A stretch of DNA of 47,781 nucleotides from Euryarchaeota archaeon UBA181 (GCA_002496725.1 DALI01000067.1:1-47781); one strand, 5' to 3'; positions 19,398 through 29,523 are shown, counted from the first letter of the stretch. Made by a program: numbers and translations. The notes: generated by a model from the sequence alone, not told the origin.

Positions 19398-19411
19398 TTT
19401 CTCATCTAGAG

Positions 19412-21547
19412 CTATCTTCGTAAGAGTCCATGATCTTCAATGGAGCAACCACCTGGGGGAAGGGACGAGAGAACATCATCTTGAGACAATCCAGTGGCTT
19501 TAGAAATTGAATTAGCCACATTTTCCTTTTTTTCCCTTCCAGGAGTTATCCTTGCCCATCTTCCAAATGACTTCGATATTGTATCTGCCGTTCCGATTAC
19601 AGGAAGAGGGACCCCATTAACGACTCCCATACCAATCCCTATCTCTAGGCTAAGGTCCCTGTACCAATGCCTCTGCCCTCTTACTACGAAGGAACCCCTT
19701 CCTAGTGACTCTCCGCTCTCAGTTGTTTTCGAGACTTGACTGGGTCTGACGTAGAAAGCCGTAGCCGCCGCTCCCCCACTGCCCCATGCCCTGGACCAGC
19801 AAACTGCGATTTGTGATGCTTCTCTGAGAATTGAATCTGGAAGGTCCCTCCCCTCCTCAGGGCCTTCCAAGTTTTGTGTTATCTGCAATGAACAAACACC
19901 ATCGGGAACGTTATCTGAGGGAGATTCTCTGAGTTCAATACCTTCTCTAACCTTCAACGCACAAGATGGCGCACCGTGCAGGTCTGCATGAATGTAGAGA
20001 TCCTTAGATCCAAGGTGCTTCTTCACTATGGCATCATTGCCCTTGGCATCCCTTCCGCCAACTATCATCCTGCCATCAGATAGAATGGCCCAGCGATGCT
20101 TCTCAAACCAGAATCTTCTGCTCCTCTTGATTGATCTAAGCCTCCCACCTGCTGCATCTTTAGCAGCTTTCTTCTCTTCCCTAGTTTGAGTCTCAATAGT
20201 CTTTTTCAGTGCGATTTCAGCACCTGCGGCCTTATCTTTCTGTATTCTACCAGTTTCAAAATATCTTTGAGCATTCTGATGAACAGTCTTGTCGACCTCC
20301 AAGGTCACGCTCGTTCCAGGCTCGCCATCGCCATCGGGAAGGTAAGCAACAATCGTTCGCTTCTTAGCATCCACGCCTCCTATCCAGCCTACTTCTTGCG
20401 ACATGTCTGATACCTCTTGCCAGTTAGATTCAGATATCGCTTTATTGAATTGCATGATAATAGAATTTACATGCTCCCAGTTCTCTTGAATCGACTTACC
20501 AAGCTCTTGCGAAATCACGGCCTTTTGCAGAAATCCATCAATCGCTCTCTTCTGCTGTGTGGCCCTCCTCTCTAGTTTAGCCTGTGATTGCTTCTGACTA
20601 GTTCCTTCCTCAACGAGCTTCTCTTCCTCTCTCCTGATAAACGCAGCAGAGTCGTGCTCTCCGAAGACTCCATCAAGGGCATTGGATAGTGACTCTAATT
20701 CGATAAATGGACTATCTTCCATATTGTCCAGCCATATCGGAGAAACAAGTACGGCACCGCCTGGGCTTTCATCTCCGATATTTTCTTGGAGGGATTGCCA
20801 TTTCTCCAAGCTTGTGGCATCATCGACCCAAAGTATACACCTGTCTCCCTTCTCAAGTTCATCCATCATCGAAAGAACAGAAGAGAGGAGTATTTCTCTC
20901 TCTCCTTTGTCTAAGGAAGAAGCCAATTGTTCCTCAGCTAAACCAGCCTTAGAGCAAACTGCGGAACCGTATACTCTACCTATATTCAATCTAGAAGCGA
21001 CTGTACGGATAAGATCACTATCGCTCCCTTCGAGAATCTCATCAAGCTTATCTCTATCTAGGGTTCGAGGGTCCAAAGAAGGAGGGGGCGGTACATATGG
21101 GACGCCCTTCTTTAGTGTTCTACTGGCGTATGTTGCGTGAGTCAGAGGCTGAATAATTACCCCATCCTCGTCCAAGAGAAGAACGTTACCGTCCCTGAAT
21201 AGTTCGATTACCAAGGACATCTTTCCCCTGCCATGCTCAAATTCCAGAGACATTACTCTATCAAATCCAGATTGTGAAACCCCAATAAACCTAGAATTCC
21301 CAAGATGCTTCCTAAGTACCATGGCAAACTGTGAGGGATTGGGCGGCATTGGGCGATCTCTTGACGAATAATACACTCTCTTGCCTCTGACAATAACTAG
21401 GTCTCTATTGGGAAATCCTTTCTTGCTCATCCTCAAAACAACTTGCTCATAGTGCGGCTGATACGCTTTTCTGACCCTGGAACCAACCATCTCCGTGAGC
21501 TCACGAACCGTCCTGGCGACCTCGAAGGACGATGTCTGCTCGCGCAT
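19412..21547 (-). CDS. rqcH: Ribosome rescue protein RqcH/Rqc2 (NFACT family)
   Basis: FAMVLRKHL, FDRV, ELFRDGNVLL, NAQRYF, WFEKHRW, GGRDAKGND, HADLHGAPS, QVSKTTESGE, GSFVVRG. Confidence 0.92.
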   Translation of the reverse strand: MREQTSSFEVARTVRELTEMVGSRVRKAYQPHYEQVVLRMSKKGFPNRDLVIVRGKRVYYSSRDRPMPPNPSQFAMVLRKHLGNSRFIGVSQSGFDRVMSLEFEHGRGKMSLVIELFRDGNVLLLDEDGVIIQPLTHATYASRTLKKGVPYVPPPPSLDPRTLDRDKLDEILEGSDSDLIRTVASRLNIGRVYGSAVCSKAGLAEEQLASSLDKGEREILLSSVLSMMDELEKGDRCILWVDDATSLEKWQSLQENIGDESPGGAVLVSPIWLDNMEDSPFIELESLSNALDGVFGEHDSAAFIRREEEKLVEEGTSQKQSQAKLERRATQQKRAIDGFLQKAVISQELGKSIQENWEHVNSIIMQFNKAISESNWQEVSDMSQEVGWIGGVDAKKRTIVAYLPDGDGEPGTSVTLEVDKTVHQNAQRYFETGRIQKDKAAGAEIALKKTIETQTREEKKAAKDAAGGRLRSIKRSRRFWFEKHRWAILSDGRMIVGGRDAKGNDAIVKKHLGSKDLYIHADLHGAPSCALKVREGIELRESPSDNVPDGVCSLQITQNLEGPEEGRDLPDSILREASQIAVCWSRAWGSGGAAATAFYVRPSQVSKTTESGESLGRGSFVVRGQRHWYRDLSLEIGIGMGVVNGVPLPVIGTADTISKSFGRWARITPGREKKENVANSISKATGLSQDDVLSSLPPGGCSIEDHGLLRR

Positions 21548-21607
21548 TGTATCATACCTGCGTCCGAGACAGACTTCATCAGGCAATCGCTCATAAGAAT
21601 CATTTAT

Positions 21608-22456
21608 TCATACCAAAGACTGGTAGGCCTCTATTTCCTCAAGGACTTCAGCTTCGTGGGCATATTGATTCGAAGGGACTTCTATGAACTTCGATTTTGG
21701 TATCCTGTTAACGATACTCTTGGCCCTATCCATCCCATGTAATTTGTCAGAAGATGCCGTCATCACGGCACAAGGAATTTTTATGCTACTCAAATCGTCT
21801 GGAAGTGAGTATCTCATTAATGATCTAGCAGAAAGGTGCATCTTTTGTAAGTCCTGAGTAAGAAGAGCTCTCCTGTATCTTATTCTCTGCCCTTCTTCCT
21901 TGACCTTTCTTTCCACGGCCCAAACAGCTAGGCGCTTCATTATTGGATGGAAAATCTTCGGCATGGGTGATGCTATCAGGGCTCTGGCCCAGAATGGAAA
22001 TTTAAATTCAGAGTTAGGGGCAAGAAGGACAGAGCTCCTCCCAGAAAGAAACCCTCGACTGAAGGAATCTATAAGGATCGTAGAGCCTAGAGAGGAAGAG
22101 AACCAGTCTACTTCGGAGCTTTCTATCCCATAGAACTTCAAGACACTAGCCAAATCAGAAGAAAGCTTCCCAACACTGAAGTCAGCTTTCGATATCCTAC
22201 CTTCCATTACGGAGCTCCCCTTCTCTCTTGTTTCAATGTAAAGAATAGGCCTCCTAGTTGTCCATTCAGATAGCAGGGGCCTCCATCCTTCGAACACAGA
22301 TCCCCAACCTGGAATAAAAACTAGGACCTCACTAGTTATGGGCGTAGAAGGGATCCATGAAATTACTCTCAAACGAACCCCATCAGATACTTCTACCCAT
22401 TCCTCAGATACCTCTGAACCATCAAATTCAGGTGTACCCGACCAGTATGAGTCCAC
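21608..22456 (-). CDS. Alpha/beta-hydrolase fold protein
   Basis: VFIPGWGS oxyanion loop, WFSSSLGS nucleophile elbow, SSDKLH, YAH. GTG 22456 lies just downstream of the preceding stop; the extension to 22558 is an off-frame read of the neighbour's Gly repeat. Confidence 0.8.
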   Translation of the reverse strand: MDSYWSGTPEFDGSEVSEEWVEVSDGVRLRVISWIPSTPITSEVLVFIPGWGSVFEGWRPLLSEWTTRRPILYIETREKGSSVMEGRISKADFSVGKLSSDLASVLKFYGIESSEVDWFSSSLGSTILIDSFSRGFLSGRSSVLLAPNSEFKFPFWARALIASPMPKIFHPIMKRLAVWAVERKVKEEGQRIRYRRALLTQDLQKMHLSARSLMRYSLPDDLSSIKIPCAVMTASSDKLHGMDRAKSIVNRIPKSKFIEVPSNQYAHEAEVLEEIEAYQSLV

Positions 22457-22463
22457 GAGAATC

Positions 22464-23879
22464 CTACCTTCCCTTCCGACCGCCGCCACCGGACCTGCCG
22501 CCACCGGATCCACCGCTGGGTCCACCACCGGACCTTCTACTGTCCTTTCTTCCACCAAAACTACTCACAGTCCGACTTTCTCTCCTATGACGAATTACTC
22601 TTCGCCTTCTGTGGAACCACGGTCTCCTGTACCATGGGCGATCGTAATAGTGAGGTTGGCCATAGTATCCGTAATGTCCGTGGTGGCCAACTGGTCCAAA
22701 TGACGAATTACCCAATGTAAGGGACGCCGAATTTCCCGAACCAACATCATACCTAGCTCCGAGAAGAACCAAAATAAGTAGAATAATTTGAATAATCCCA
22801 CAGCAGAATAAACCAAATGCCCCCGAAAGGGGAATGTCGAGGCCTATATCATTAGGATCATTAATATTGTAATATATCATCAAAGAACTCCCTATTGGCA
22901 TTGTTCCATTTTCCCCGTATTCCAAACATTCGTCCTCAGCACCAGCGTAATCACCATACATGGCAAGATGGTAGCGATCAATCCCTGATGTGTAACTCAA
23001 ATTATCAACTACATAAGAGACATCTAGATCTGCCCAGCAATCTAGCTCGTACCAATACTCACAGTATTCATCGCCCCATTCGTCAGTGTAGCAATCTGCA
23101 TATTCAACCCAATCAAAACCAGGGTACTTCGCCACAATCTCCGAATCGATAGGACTCCATTCATCTGCCCCGCCTGTCATTACGACGGCCCCAAATAGGG
23201 AAGCAATAATGCCTAAAGATAGTATAATTGCCAATATGGCGTAACCCGGGTCTTCCCATAGCCAGTGATTACTACCGTACACCTCGGTTCCATCCGACTC
23301 GCCGTCTGGATTGAGAATCAGCATACCGTTCTGATGCATCCATTCAATATCCCCGAGGAATGTCATTCCGAGAATGCAGGGTGTATCATCATCCTTCAGA
23401 GGATTGATTAGCGCATCGACGTTTTTTATCGACATCTGTCCGACTGTTACGTCGGGCAAAGTAGTCCTATACCCTATCCCCGGGCCAGCTGCTGTCTGTG
23501 TCTCGATCTGTTCTCCCTTTTCCAGGCCGAGCATCTGGGCAGTTCTTTCATCGATCGAGCAGTGACTCGCTCCGGTGTCCACTAGGAAATTTATGTTACC
23601 GAGATTTCCAATTCTCCCCTTGACGTAGAAGCACCCATTGTTGTCTTGCTTCAGCACGATTCTCTGTCCGATGTATTCCACGGGTGGGCCATCACCGGAT
23701 TCCGACTCTCTGAAAGTGCCAGGTACGGGATCTGTAAATTCCGCCATTTTTTTTCGGTGCTCGGCCTCTGCCAACTCCTCTTCGCGTAGGAGCCGCTTGG
23801 CCTCAGCCTCATTCAGTAAATCCTCAACTTCTTCCTTGGAGGTCTGGTCTTCTTCATTATCCCACCACCTCTCGGTCAT
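22464..23879 (-). CDS. Retropepsin-like (clan AA) aspartic protease fused to a two-TM module with an Arg/Gly-rich tail
   Basis: FLVDTGASHCSI, TAAG flap and ILGMTFL, then two TM helices around a Tyr/Asp/Cys-rich loop ending IYYNINDP (DUF3592-like by eye). Confidence 0.85.
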   Translation of the reverse strand: MTERWWDNEEDQTSKEEVEDLLNEAEAKRLLREEELAEAEHRKKMAEFTDPVPGTFRESESGDGPPVEYIGQRIVLKQDNNGCFYVKGRIGNLGNINFLVDTGASHCSIDERTAQMLGLEKGEQIETQTAAGPGIGYRTTLPDVTVGQMSIKNVDALINPLKDDDTPCILGMTFLGDIEWMHQNGMLILNPDGESDGTEVYGSNHWLWEDPGYAILAIILSLGIIASLFGAVVMTGGADEWSPIDSEIVAKYPGFDWVEYADCYTDEWGDEYCEYWYELDCWADLDVSYVVDNLSYTSGIDRYHLAMYGDYAGAEDECLEYGENGTMPIGSSLMIYYNINDPNDIGLDIPLSGAFGLFCCGIIQIILLILVLLGARYDVGSGNSASLTLGNSSFGPVGHHGHYGYYGQPHYYDRPWYRRPWFHRRRRVIRHRRESRTVSSFGGRKDSRRSGGGPSGGSGGGRSGGGGRKGR

Positions 23880-23920
23880 GATAGTCCCTTAGTGGCTACT
23901 GGTTTGAATGTTGACCCATA

Positions 23921-25465
23921 TTAAACTGGGAAGTAGAGACCCTCTCTCAACTTCACCCTTTTGGATGCTACTAGTGAGTTCAGATGCGACAATGTCTGAT
24001 CCTGGGATAAAATTGGATGTGCGTCTGGCGAATCGTGATATGCATGTATCGCTATTTCTTCCAAGGTTGTTAATCCAGATAAGACCGCATTGAGGACACT
24101 ATCATGTCTCGCAGTCCTATGTTTGACATATCTCTCCAATAGCCTTGGAGGATTAGTGCAAGCAGGGCCATGGCCAGGAAATAGCATTGGAGGGCCAAGA
24201 GAAAGAATTCGCTCAAGTCCTGAGATGTAAGAATTCATATCGCCTTCTGAGGATGGGACTAGTATAGTCCCGACTACAACGCAATTATCTCCACTTACAA
24301 TCCCAGAGTCGCCTACCAGACATATGTGGCCAGGGCAATGGCCTGGAGTCTCTATGACCTCCCACCTCGCCAGTCCACTGGGCCCATTCAGGGAGAACGA
24401 ATCACCCTCTCCAATAGATAATGATAATCCATCATGAGAGATGGCATCTAGGGTGATTGAGCTAGCCCAAATGGGAGCATCGTATATCTCTGATATTATT
24501 GATAGATTACCTATGTGATCTGGGTGCCTGTGTGTGAAAATAGTAGCCACAATCTTGGATCCATTTGAGACAACTTCCGAAATCTTACTCTCGAGATAAG
24601 TCAGAGATTCTTCCGATCTAGCGGCCGGATCAACCACTACGCATTCTCCGCCTAGTTCTCCGAGGATATAGCAGTTAGTATGGGTGGATGGAGGAATAGT
24701 CTCTGTCCTAAGGGGAAAAACCTCCACACCAGGGGCGAACTCAATCCTATGGTCGCCGGACGGGGGGTCACCACTCAATTTTTTGCACCCAGAGGGCAAA
24801 TCTCCCTGTTCAATAGTCATCCTTTCTAAATCCCGGATCAATGTGACAATCGGAGGAGGTAGACGAACCATGTTTTCTTCCCATTGGCTTATCAGATCTG
24901 ATGGCTCCCACCATCTAAAATCATCGAATTCAGACCTCCCGGGAGGGAAAGAGGGAGAAACAGTGGAACTACCCATTGGTACATGGAAGAAGTAGTTCTG
25001 AAACCTCCGAGGGGAGAATGGGGGGGTGGTCCTATCAGTCACCATTTCACAATGGAAGTTCCCGATATCGATTTTCCCCATCTTCACTAGGTTTAGCCAT
25101 TCCCGCTTATCGCCACACACAGCTTCCCTGATATCTGACGATACCTCGATTATCTTACCCTCTCCATTCGGAGAAAGGCCAACCTCCTCAATCATCTCTC
25201 TTAGTAGGGCAAAGCATGCTACTTTGTATCTCTCATCAACTTCCAATACCCCCTCTAATTCCTGTGCAGATATCTTATCCACGCTGCTTATTCCACCTCC
25301 TGGGAATGACCAGTAGTCAGGAAAGCTAGCTAATTCTGAGACTCTATGTCCAAGTAATATCTCATGCCCCGTTCCTCTCTCTCTGCTGAGTATTACCGAG
25401 GCAGAACGTACTATGTTGGATGTATTGGCGCGAGGTAATGCCAATCCTTTTGGTAGCTCGCTCAC
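23921..25465 (-). CDS. NUDIX hydrolase / metallo-beta-lactamase (LACTB2-like) fusion
   Basis: FPGG...LREMIEEVGL Nudix box, then TNCY, THRHPDH, TPGHCPGH, SGD, PGHG and a C-terminal winged-helix-like end. Confidence 0.88.
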   Translation of the reverse strand: MSELPKGLALPRANTSNIVRSASVILSRERGTGHEILLGHRVSELASFPDYWSFPGGGISSVDKISAQELEGVLEVDERYKVACFALLREMIEEVGLSPNGEGKIIEVSSDIREAVCGDKREWLNLVKMGKIDIGNFHCEMVTDRTTPPFSPRRFQNYFFHVPMGSSTVSPSFPPGRSEFDDFRWWEPSDLISQWEENMVRLPPPIVTLIRDLERMTIEQGDLPSGCKKLSGDPPSGDHRIEFAPGVEVFPLRTETIPPSTHTNCYILGELGGECVVVDPAARSEESLTYLESKISEVVSNGSKIVATIFTHRHPDHIGNLSIISEIYDAPIWASSITLDAISHDGLSLSIGEGDSFSLNGPSGLARWEVIETPGHCPGHICLVGDSGIVSGDNCVVVGTILVPSSEGDMNSYISGLERILSLGPPMLFPGHGPACTNPPRLLERYVKHRTARHDSVLNAVLSGLTTLEEIAIHAYHDSPDAHPILSQDQTLSHLNSLVASKRVKLREGLYFPV

Positions 25466-25540
25466 ATCTTCTCGAAGAGATGCGGCTCTTCAATATGGCT
25501 GCGGCAATGTTTGATTACATAAGTCCAATCTCGCATCATC

Positions 25541-26392
25541 ATGAGCGATGTTATTACGATCGGTCACAAGAATACTAAGACTGGAGAAATAGTCTCCAAT
25601 ATCGAGATCCCGCGCTTCGGCCTAGGGGTGTATCTCATGAAAGAACCAGGAGAGTGTAAGTTAGCAGTTTCACATGCAATAGAATACGGATACAGGCTCA
25701 TCGATACAGCCATGGCATATGGCAATGAGATAGAGGTTGGCGAGGCAATAAGAGAGTCCGATACTCCTCGAGACGAGATTTTTGTTGTGACTAAATTAAG
25801 GAGACAACATGCAACAGGATATGACGAGACCATCCAAAGGTGCCAAGAGAGTTTGCATAATCTCGGGATAGGTGTAATCGATCTATATCTGGTACATGCC
25901 CCTCCCGAAGATAGAGAAGCCCGAGCCCCTGTTTGGAAGGCAATGGAGGATTGCCTAGAGAAAGGGTGGGTCCGTTCAATTGGAGTTAGCAATTACGGCC
26001 GACACCACCTGCAAGAGATGGAATCATACGCTACAATAATGCCTGCTGTGAACCAAATTGAGATAAATCCATGGCTTCAAAGGCCATCTTTGATCTCCGC
26101 AACGAAAGATTCTGGGGCCATACCGATGGCATACTCCCCTCTGGCCAGAGGGCACAAGGTGAATGACCCTTCGTTGATTGAAATTTCTGGAATCTTAGGA
26201 TGTACGCCCGCACAAGCGGCCATTAAGTGGTGTATCGACTCAGGTGCAATCACAATTCCCAAGTCCAGTAATAAGGAAAGAATAGAGGAAAATTTCAATT
26301 CACAGTCACTAGACATAGGTCCTTTAAGCGGGTATTTCCAGTCCATGGACGAGAATTACGTCTCTGGATGGAATCCAACAGTCGAGCCATGA
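25541..26392 (+). CDS. Aldo/keto reductase
   Basis: GLGVY, IDTAMAYGNE, VTKL, DLYLVH, IGVSNY, NQIE, AYSPL, IPKS, RIEEN. Confidence 0.95.
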   Translation: MSDVITIGHKNTKTGEIVSNIEIPRFGLGVYLMKEPGECKLAVSHAIEYGYRLIDTAMAYGNEIEVGEAIRESDTPRDEIFVVTKLRRQHATGYDETIQRCQESLHNLGIGVIDLYLVHAPPEDREARAPVWKAMEDCLEKGWVRSIGVSNYGRHHLQEMESYATIMPAVNQIEINPWLQRPSLISATKDSGAIPMAYSPLARGHKVNDPSLIEISGILGCTPAQAAIKWCIDSGAITIPKSSNKERIEENFNSQSLDIGPLSGYFQSMDENYVSGWNPTVEP

Positions 26393-26395
26393 GGT

Positions 26396-26581
26396 ATGTC
26401 TATGAAGGGGCCTGAAACAATCGAAGAGGAATTGGCGATCATTGCAGAGGCAATAGAAGCTGGGATTGACCCCTTCCCTCCAAGAAAGAAGGAATCTGGG
26501 ACGGCAAAGACAGTCATAGGATGGTTTATGATAATCATAATTTTCAGTTGGGTCTCACAACTTCTTTATCGCTCAATTTAG
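26396..26581 (+). CDS. Small single-pass membrane protein (hypothetical)
   Basis: GAGGT SD overlapping the AKR stop; acidic amphipathic helix, DPFPP, then a hydrophobic C-terminal helix. Confidence 0.65.
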   Translation: MSMKGPETIEEELAIIAEAIEAGIDPFPPRKKESGTAKTVIGWFMIIIIFSWVSQLLYRSI

Positions 26582-26657
26582 TGGTAGTCCCTCCCGGATT
26601 CGAACCAGGGTCATGGCATCCAGAGTGCCATATGATGGACCACTACACTAAGGGACT
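26582..26657 (-). tRNA. tRNA-Gln (CTG), CCA encoded
   Basis: Reverse complement: AGTCCCT...TGGCA-CTCTGGA-TGCCA...CCTGG-TTCGAAT-CCGGG-AGGGACT-ACCA. A1-U72 is typical of archaeal tRNA-Gln. TTGAAATA lies about 25 nt upstream. Confidence 0.95.
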
Positions 26658-26710
26658 AGCGTCATTGGGACACAGGTCCGATATTTCAACGAATCCGAGT
26701 AATTCCAGTA

Positions 26711-27739
26711 TCATCTAGCCCTGAATCCAGCATTTACTTTCTGTAGACTCTCGATATTTGGACGTAATTCTTCATCTGAAAGATCCATCAGTGGGGTTTC
26801 TGTCAGGCCAAGAGTATCCGTAGCGGTTAATTGGCCGGGATTGTAATACAACAGTCCAGTGACGTGACGCCCGTCTTTGGCCGCTTCATGAATTGCCTTG
26901 AGGGCGGCCACTGCATCTTCTGGATCGTGTTCGTCGGACACAGTTTCCAACCTCAGTGTGGAACCATCGAACAATGAGATGTCACTAAACTCCCCTTCTG
27001 GAACCTCTACTTCAGAAAGAGGAGAGAAGTGAGGTATGTAGTCAACAATATGAAGGACCTCATCATTTGATTTGACATAGTTGTATGATCTGTAAGACTC
27101 ATCGTTATTGGAGAATGTCACACAGGGCGAGATGACATCTATAATCGCCATTCCCCGATGACTCATTGCGGCTCTAAGTAATGCAGTGAGTTGCTTTTTG
27201 CTTCCTGAGAAAGACCTCGCAACAAAGCTACAACCTAAATTCACAGCCATTGCACAGAGATCGATTGGGGGTTGCTCGTTTACAGCTCCCTTCTTCTTTT
27301 TCGAACCTTTCTCTACGGTAGCACTATACTGGCCCTTGGTCAATCCATAGACTCCGTTATTCTCTATTATGTAGACCATATCCAAATTCCTCCTTATGGC
27401 ATGGATGAACTGCCCTATCCCTATACTTGCGGTATCGCCATCACCGGAAACTGCAATGAATGCCAGGTCCTTGTTTATCATATTGGCACCAGTAGTTACT
27501 GATGGCATTCTTCCATGGACGGTATTGAATCCATGGCTCTTTGCTAGGAAGTACGCTGGAGTCTTTGAAGAGCATCCTATCCCACTCATCTTAGCAATTC
27601 CTTCTGGCTTAATTCCATTCTCCCAAGCCGCTTGAATTATGACATTGGAAATCTGATCATGCCCACATCCTGGACATAACGAAGACTTACCCCCCTTATA
27701 CTCGGATTTCTCAAGATTAAGAACATTCAATTTGACCAT
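26711..27739 (-). CDS. korB: 2-oxoacid:ferredoxin oxidoreductase beta subunit
   Basis: LCPGCGH, SGIGCSSK, HGR, TPP motif GDGD...NN, YGLTKGQ, SPCVTF. Confidence 0.93.
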   Translation of the reverse strand: MVKLNVLNLEKSEYKGGKSSLCPGCGHDQISNVIIQAAWENGIKPEGIAKMSGIGCSSKTPAYFLAKSHGFNTVHGRMPSVTTGANMINKDLAFIAVSGDGDTASIGIGQFIHAIRRNLDMVYIIENNGVYGLTKGQYSATVEKGSKKKKGAVNEQPPIDLCAMAVNLGCSFVARSFSGSKKQLTALLRAAMSHRGMAIIDVISPCVTFSNNDESYRSYNYVKSNDEVLHIVDYIPHFSPLSEVEVPEGEFSDISLFDGSTLRLETVSDEHDPEDAVAALKAIHEAAKDGRHVTGLLYYNPGQLTATDTLGLTETPLMDLSDEELRPNIESLQKVNAGFRAR

Positions 27740-27744
27740 ATTAA

Positions 27745-29523
27745 TCAGTGCTCCAATACATCAGCAACTCTGTTCGCATATTCCCTAGCCTTAGGGGGCA
27801 GGCCGTCACTGTAAGCGACAGAGAAAAGCTTGGCAATTAGATGGGTAGGGAGCTCCTTCCTCAGAATGCCATAGAGCTGGCCGTCCCTATTCACCTCTAC
27901 TACAACCACACGATCATGTCTTTCGATGAAGCCCTCAACATCTGAATGGTAAGGTAAAGCCCTAATTCGGCATGTACTCACAGACATGCCCTTCTCCTCT
28001 AGCAAGTCATCTATCTCAATGATAGAATTCTCTACAGAGCCATAGAATATTATCCCAACATCTCCACTTTCCTCCTCTCGAATTACAGGTGCTGGTAGAA
28101 TATCGCGAGCTCCATCGATCTTCCTTTTGAGGCGTTGCATAGCTTCGTAGTAGACTTGCGGGTCTTCAGAGTAAACCCCGTCTTCATCATGTCCAGTGCC
28201 CCTGTACAGTATGGGAGCCAACCCACTACCTGGCAGAGTCCTGTAAGCGATTCCATCCCCATCTATGTCCCTATATCTTCCGAAGTCAGAAATGGCATCC
28301 ATTTCTTCCTGCGTCCTTATGACCTTCCCCCTGTCCAACTTCTCACTAGGATACTCGAAGCCTGAAGTGCTCCACCTATTCATACCTAGGTCGAGATCTC
28401 CGAATCCGAACACAATTGTCTGGAATCTCTCAGCAAAATCAAATGCCCTCCAGCCGAATTCGAAGCACTCATCAACAGTCCCTGGAATCAGAACGATATG
28501 TTGAGTATCACCATGACTGGCCTCGTAGCACATGGATAAATCACCTTGCTGAGTCCTTGTTGGCAGGCCAGTGGAGGGTCCAGTTCTGTTAATATCCCAG
28601 ATGACTCCCGGAACTTCGGCAAAGTAAAATAAACCAATGAATTCAGACATTAGAGATATTCCAGGGCCACTAGTACAGGTCATCCCTCTTCCGCCAGCCC
28701 AACCCGCACCTAGTACCATTCCAGCTGCTGCAAGCTCGTCTTCAGCTTGGACGATTGCACATGTAGAGCCTCCGTCTCGTCCCTCTCTGAGTTTTGGGGC
28801 CCAGTTAATTATCGACTCCGCTAACGATGAAGATGGAGTTATGGGATACCACGAAAGCATAGTTATGCCTCCATAAACACAGCCTAGTGCCACAGCCTCA
28901 TTGCCCTCAATGAGAAATGTATCTTCAGGCTTCTCTCTGGCTTCAGCAGCAAATTTACAAGTATCTCCCCAGTTTTCAGAAGCATAGGCACGAGCCTCTG
29001 ATATTGCTTGAAGGTTCATCGTGATGGCATTCTCCTTGCCCCTGAACTGCTGTTCCACAGCGCTGGCCAAGGCGGTACTGTCTATGCCTAGCAAGTGCGC
29101 TATGCCTCCAACATAGTACATATTGGCCATCAATCTCGCCATCTTTGGACTAATTCCCCTGGCCATTGAAGTCATAGGCATCCCAAGGCAAATGCAATCT
29201 TCCCTATTCACGGGAAGCTTCGTGTCTTCGTTGTAGATTACTATGGTCCCAGGCTTTAGGGCCCCCAAGTCCTTTTCCCAGGTATCTTTGTTCATCATAA
29301 TCTGTATGTCCGTAGAATCGCCAGGCGCTTGGTAACCTTTGTCACTCGCTCTAATGATGAACCAAGTGGGAAGTCCCGATATATTGCTGGGAAAGAGGTT
29401 CTTCCCACTAACGGGAACCCCCATCTCGAATAACGAGTGCAAAATAATGAGATTGGCGGACTGAGAGCCTGTACCATTTGCCGTAGCGACATTTACTGTG
29501 AAATCATTGTAGATTTTGCTCAT
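27745..29523 (-). CDS. korA: 2-oxoacid:ferredoxin oxidoreductase alpha subunit (gamma-alpha fusion)
   Basis: NGTGSQS, GNEA, YPITPSS, QAEDELAA, TSGPGISLM, GPSTGLPTRTQQGD. Confidence 0.93.
   Translation of the reverse strand: MSKIYNDFTVNVATANGTGSQSANLIILHSLFEMGVPVSGKNLFPSNISGLPTWFIIRASDKGYQAPGDSTDIQIMMNKDTWEKDLGALKPGTIVIYNEDTKLPVNREDCICLGMPMTSMARGISPKMARLMANMYYVGGIAHLLGIDSTALASAVEQQFRGKENAITMNLQAISEARAYASENWGDTCKFAAEAREKPEDTFLIEGNEAVALGCVYGGITMLSWYPITPSSSLAESIINWAPKLREGRDGGSTCAIVQAEDELAAAGMVLGAGWAGGRGMTCTSGPGISLMSEFIGLFYFAEVPGVIWDINRTGPSTGLPTRTQQGDLSMCYEASHGDTQHIVLIPGTVDECFEFGWRAFDFAERFQTIVFGFGDLDLGMNRWSTSGFEYPSEKLDRGKVIRTQEEMDAISDFGRYRDIDGDGIAYRTLPGSGLAPILYRGTGHDEDGVYSEDPQVYYEAMQRLKRKIDGARDILPAPVIREEESGDVGIIFYGSVENSIIEIDDLLEEKGMSVSTCRIRALPYHSDVEGFIERHDRVVVVEVNRDGQLYGILRKELPTHLIAKLFSVAYSDGLPPKAREYANRVADVLEH

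Noticed and set aside
22478-22535. GC-rich CCGCCACCGGA-type tandem repeats
   Set aside because: They encode the GGGSGG tail of the retropepsin fusion; not a CRISPR array or a mobile repeat.
23882-23894. 13-bp match (TAGTCCCTTAGTG) to the 5' end of tRNA-Gln, a possible att site
   Set aside because: It is inverted relative to the tRNA and matches the 5' end rather than the 3' end. There is no integrase, and the enclosed genes are ordinary metabolic genes, so chance is likely.
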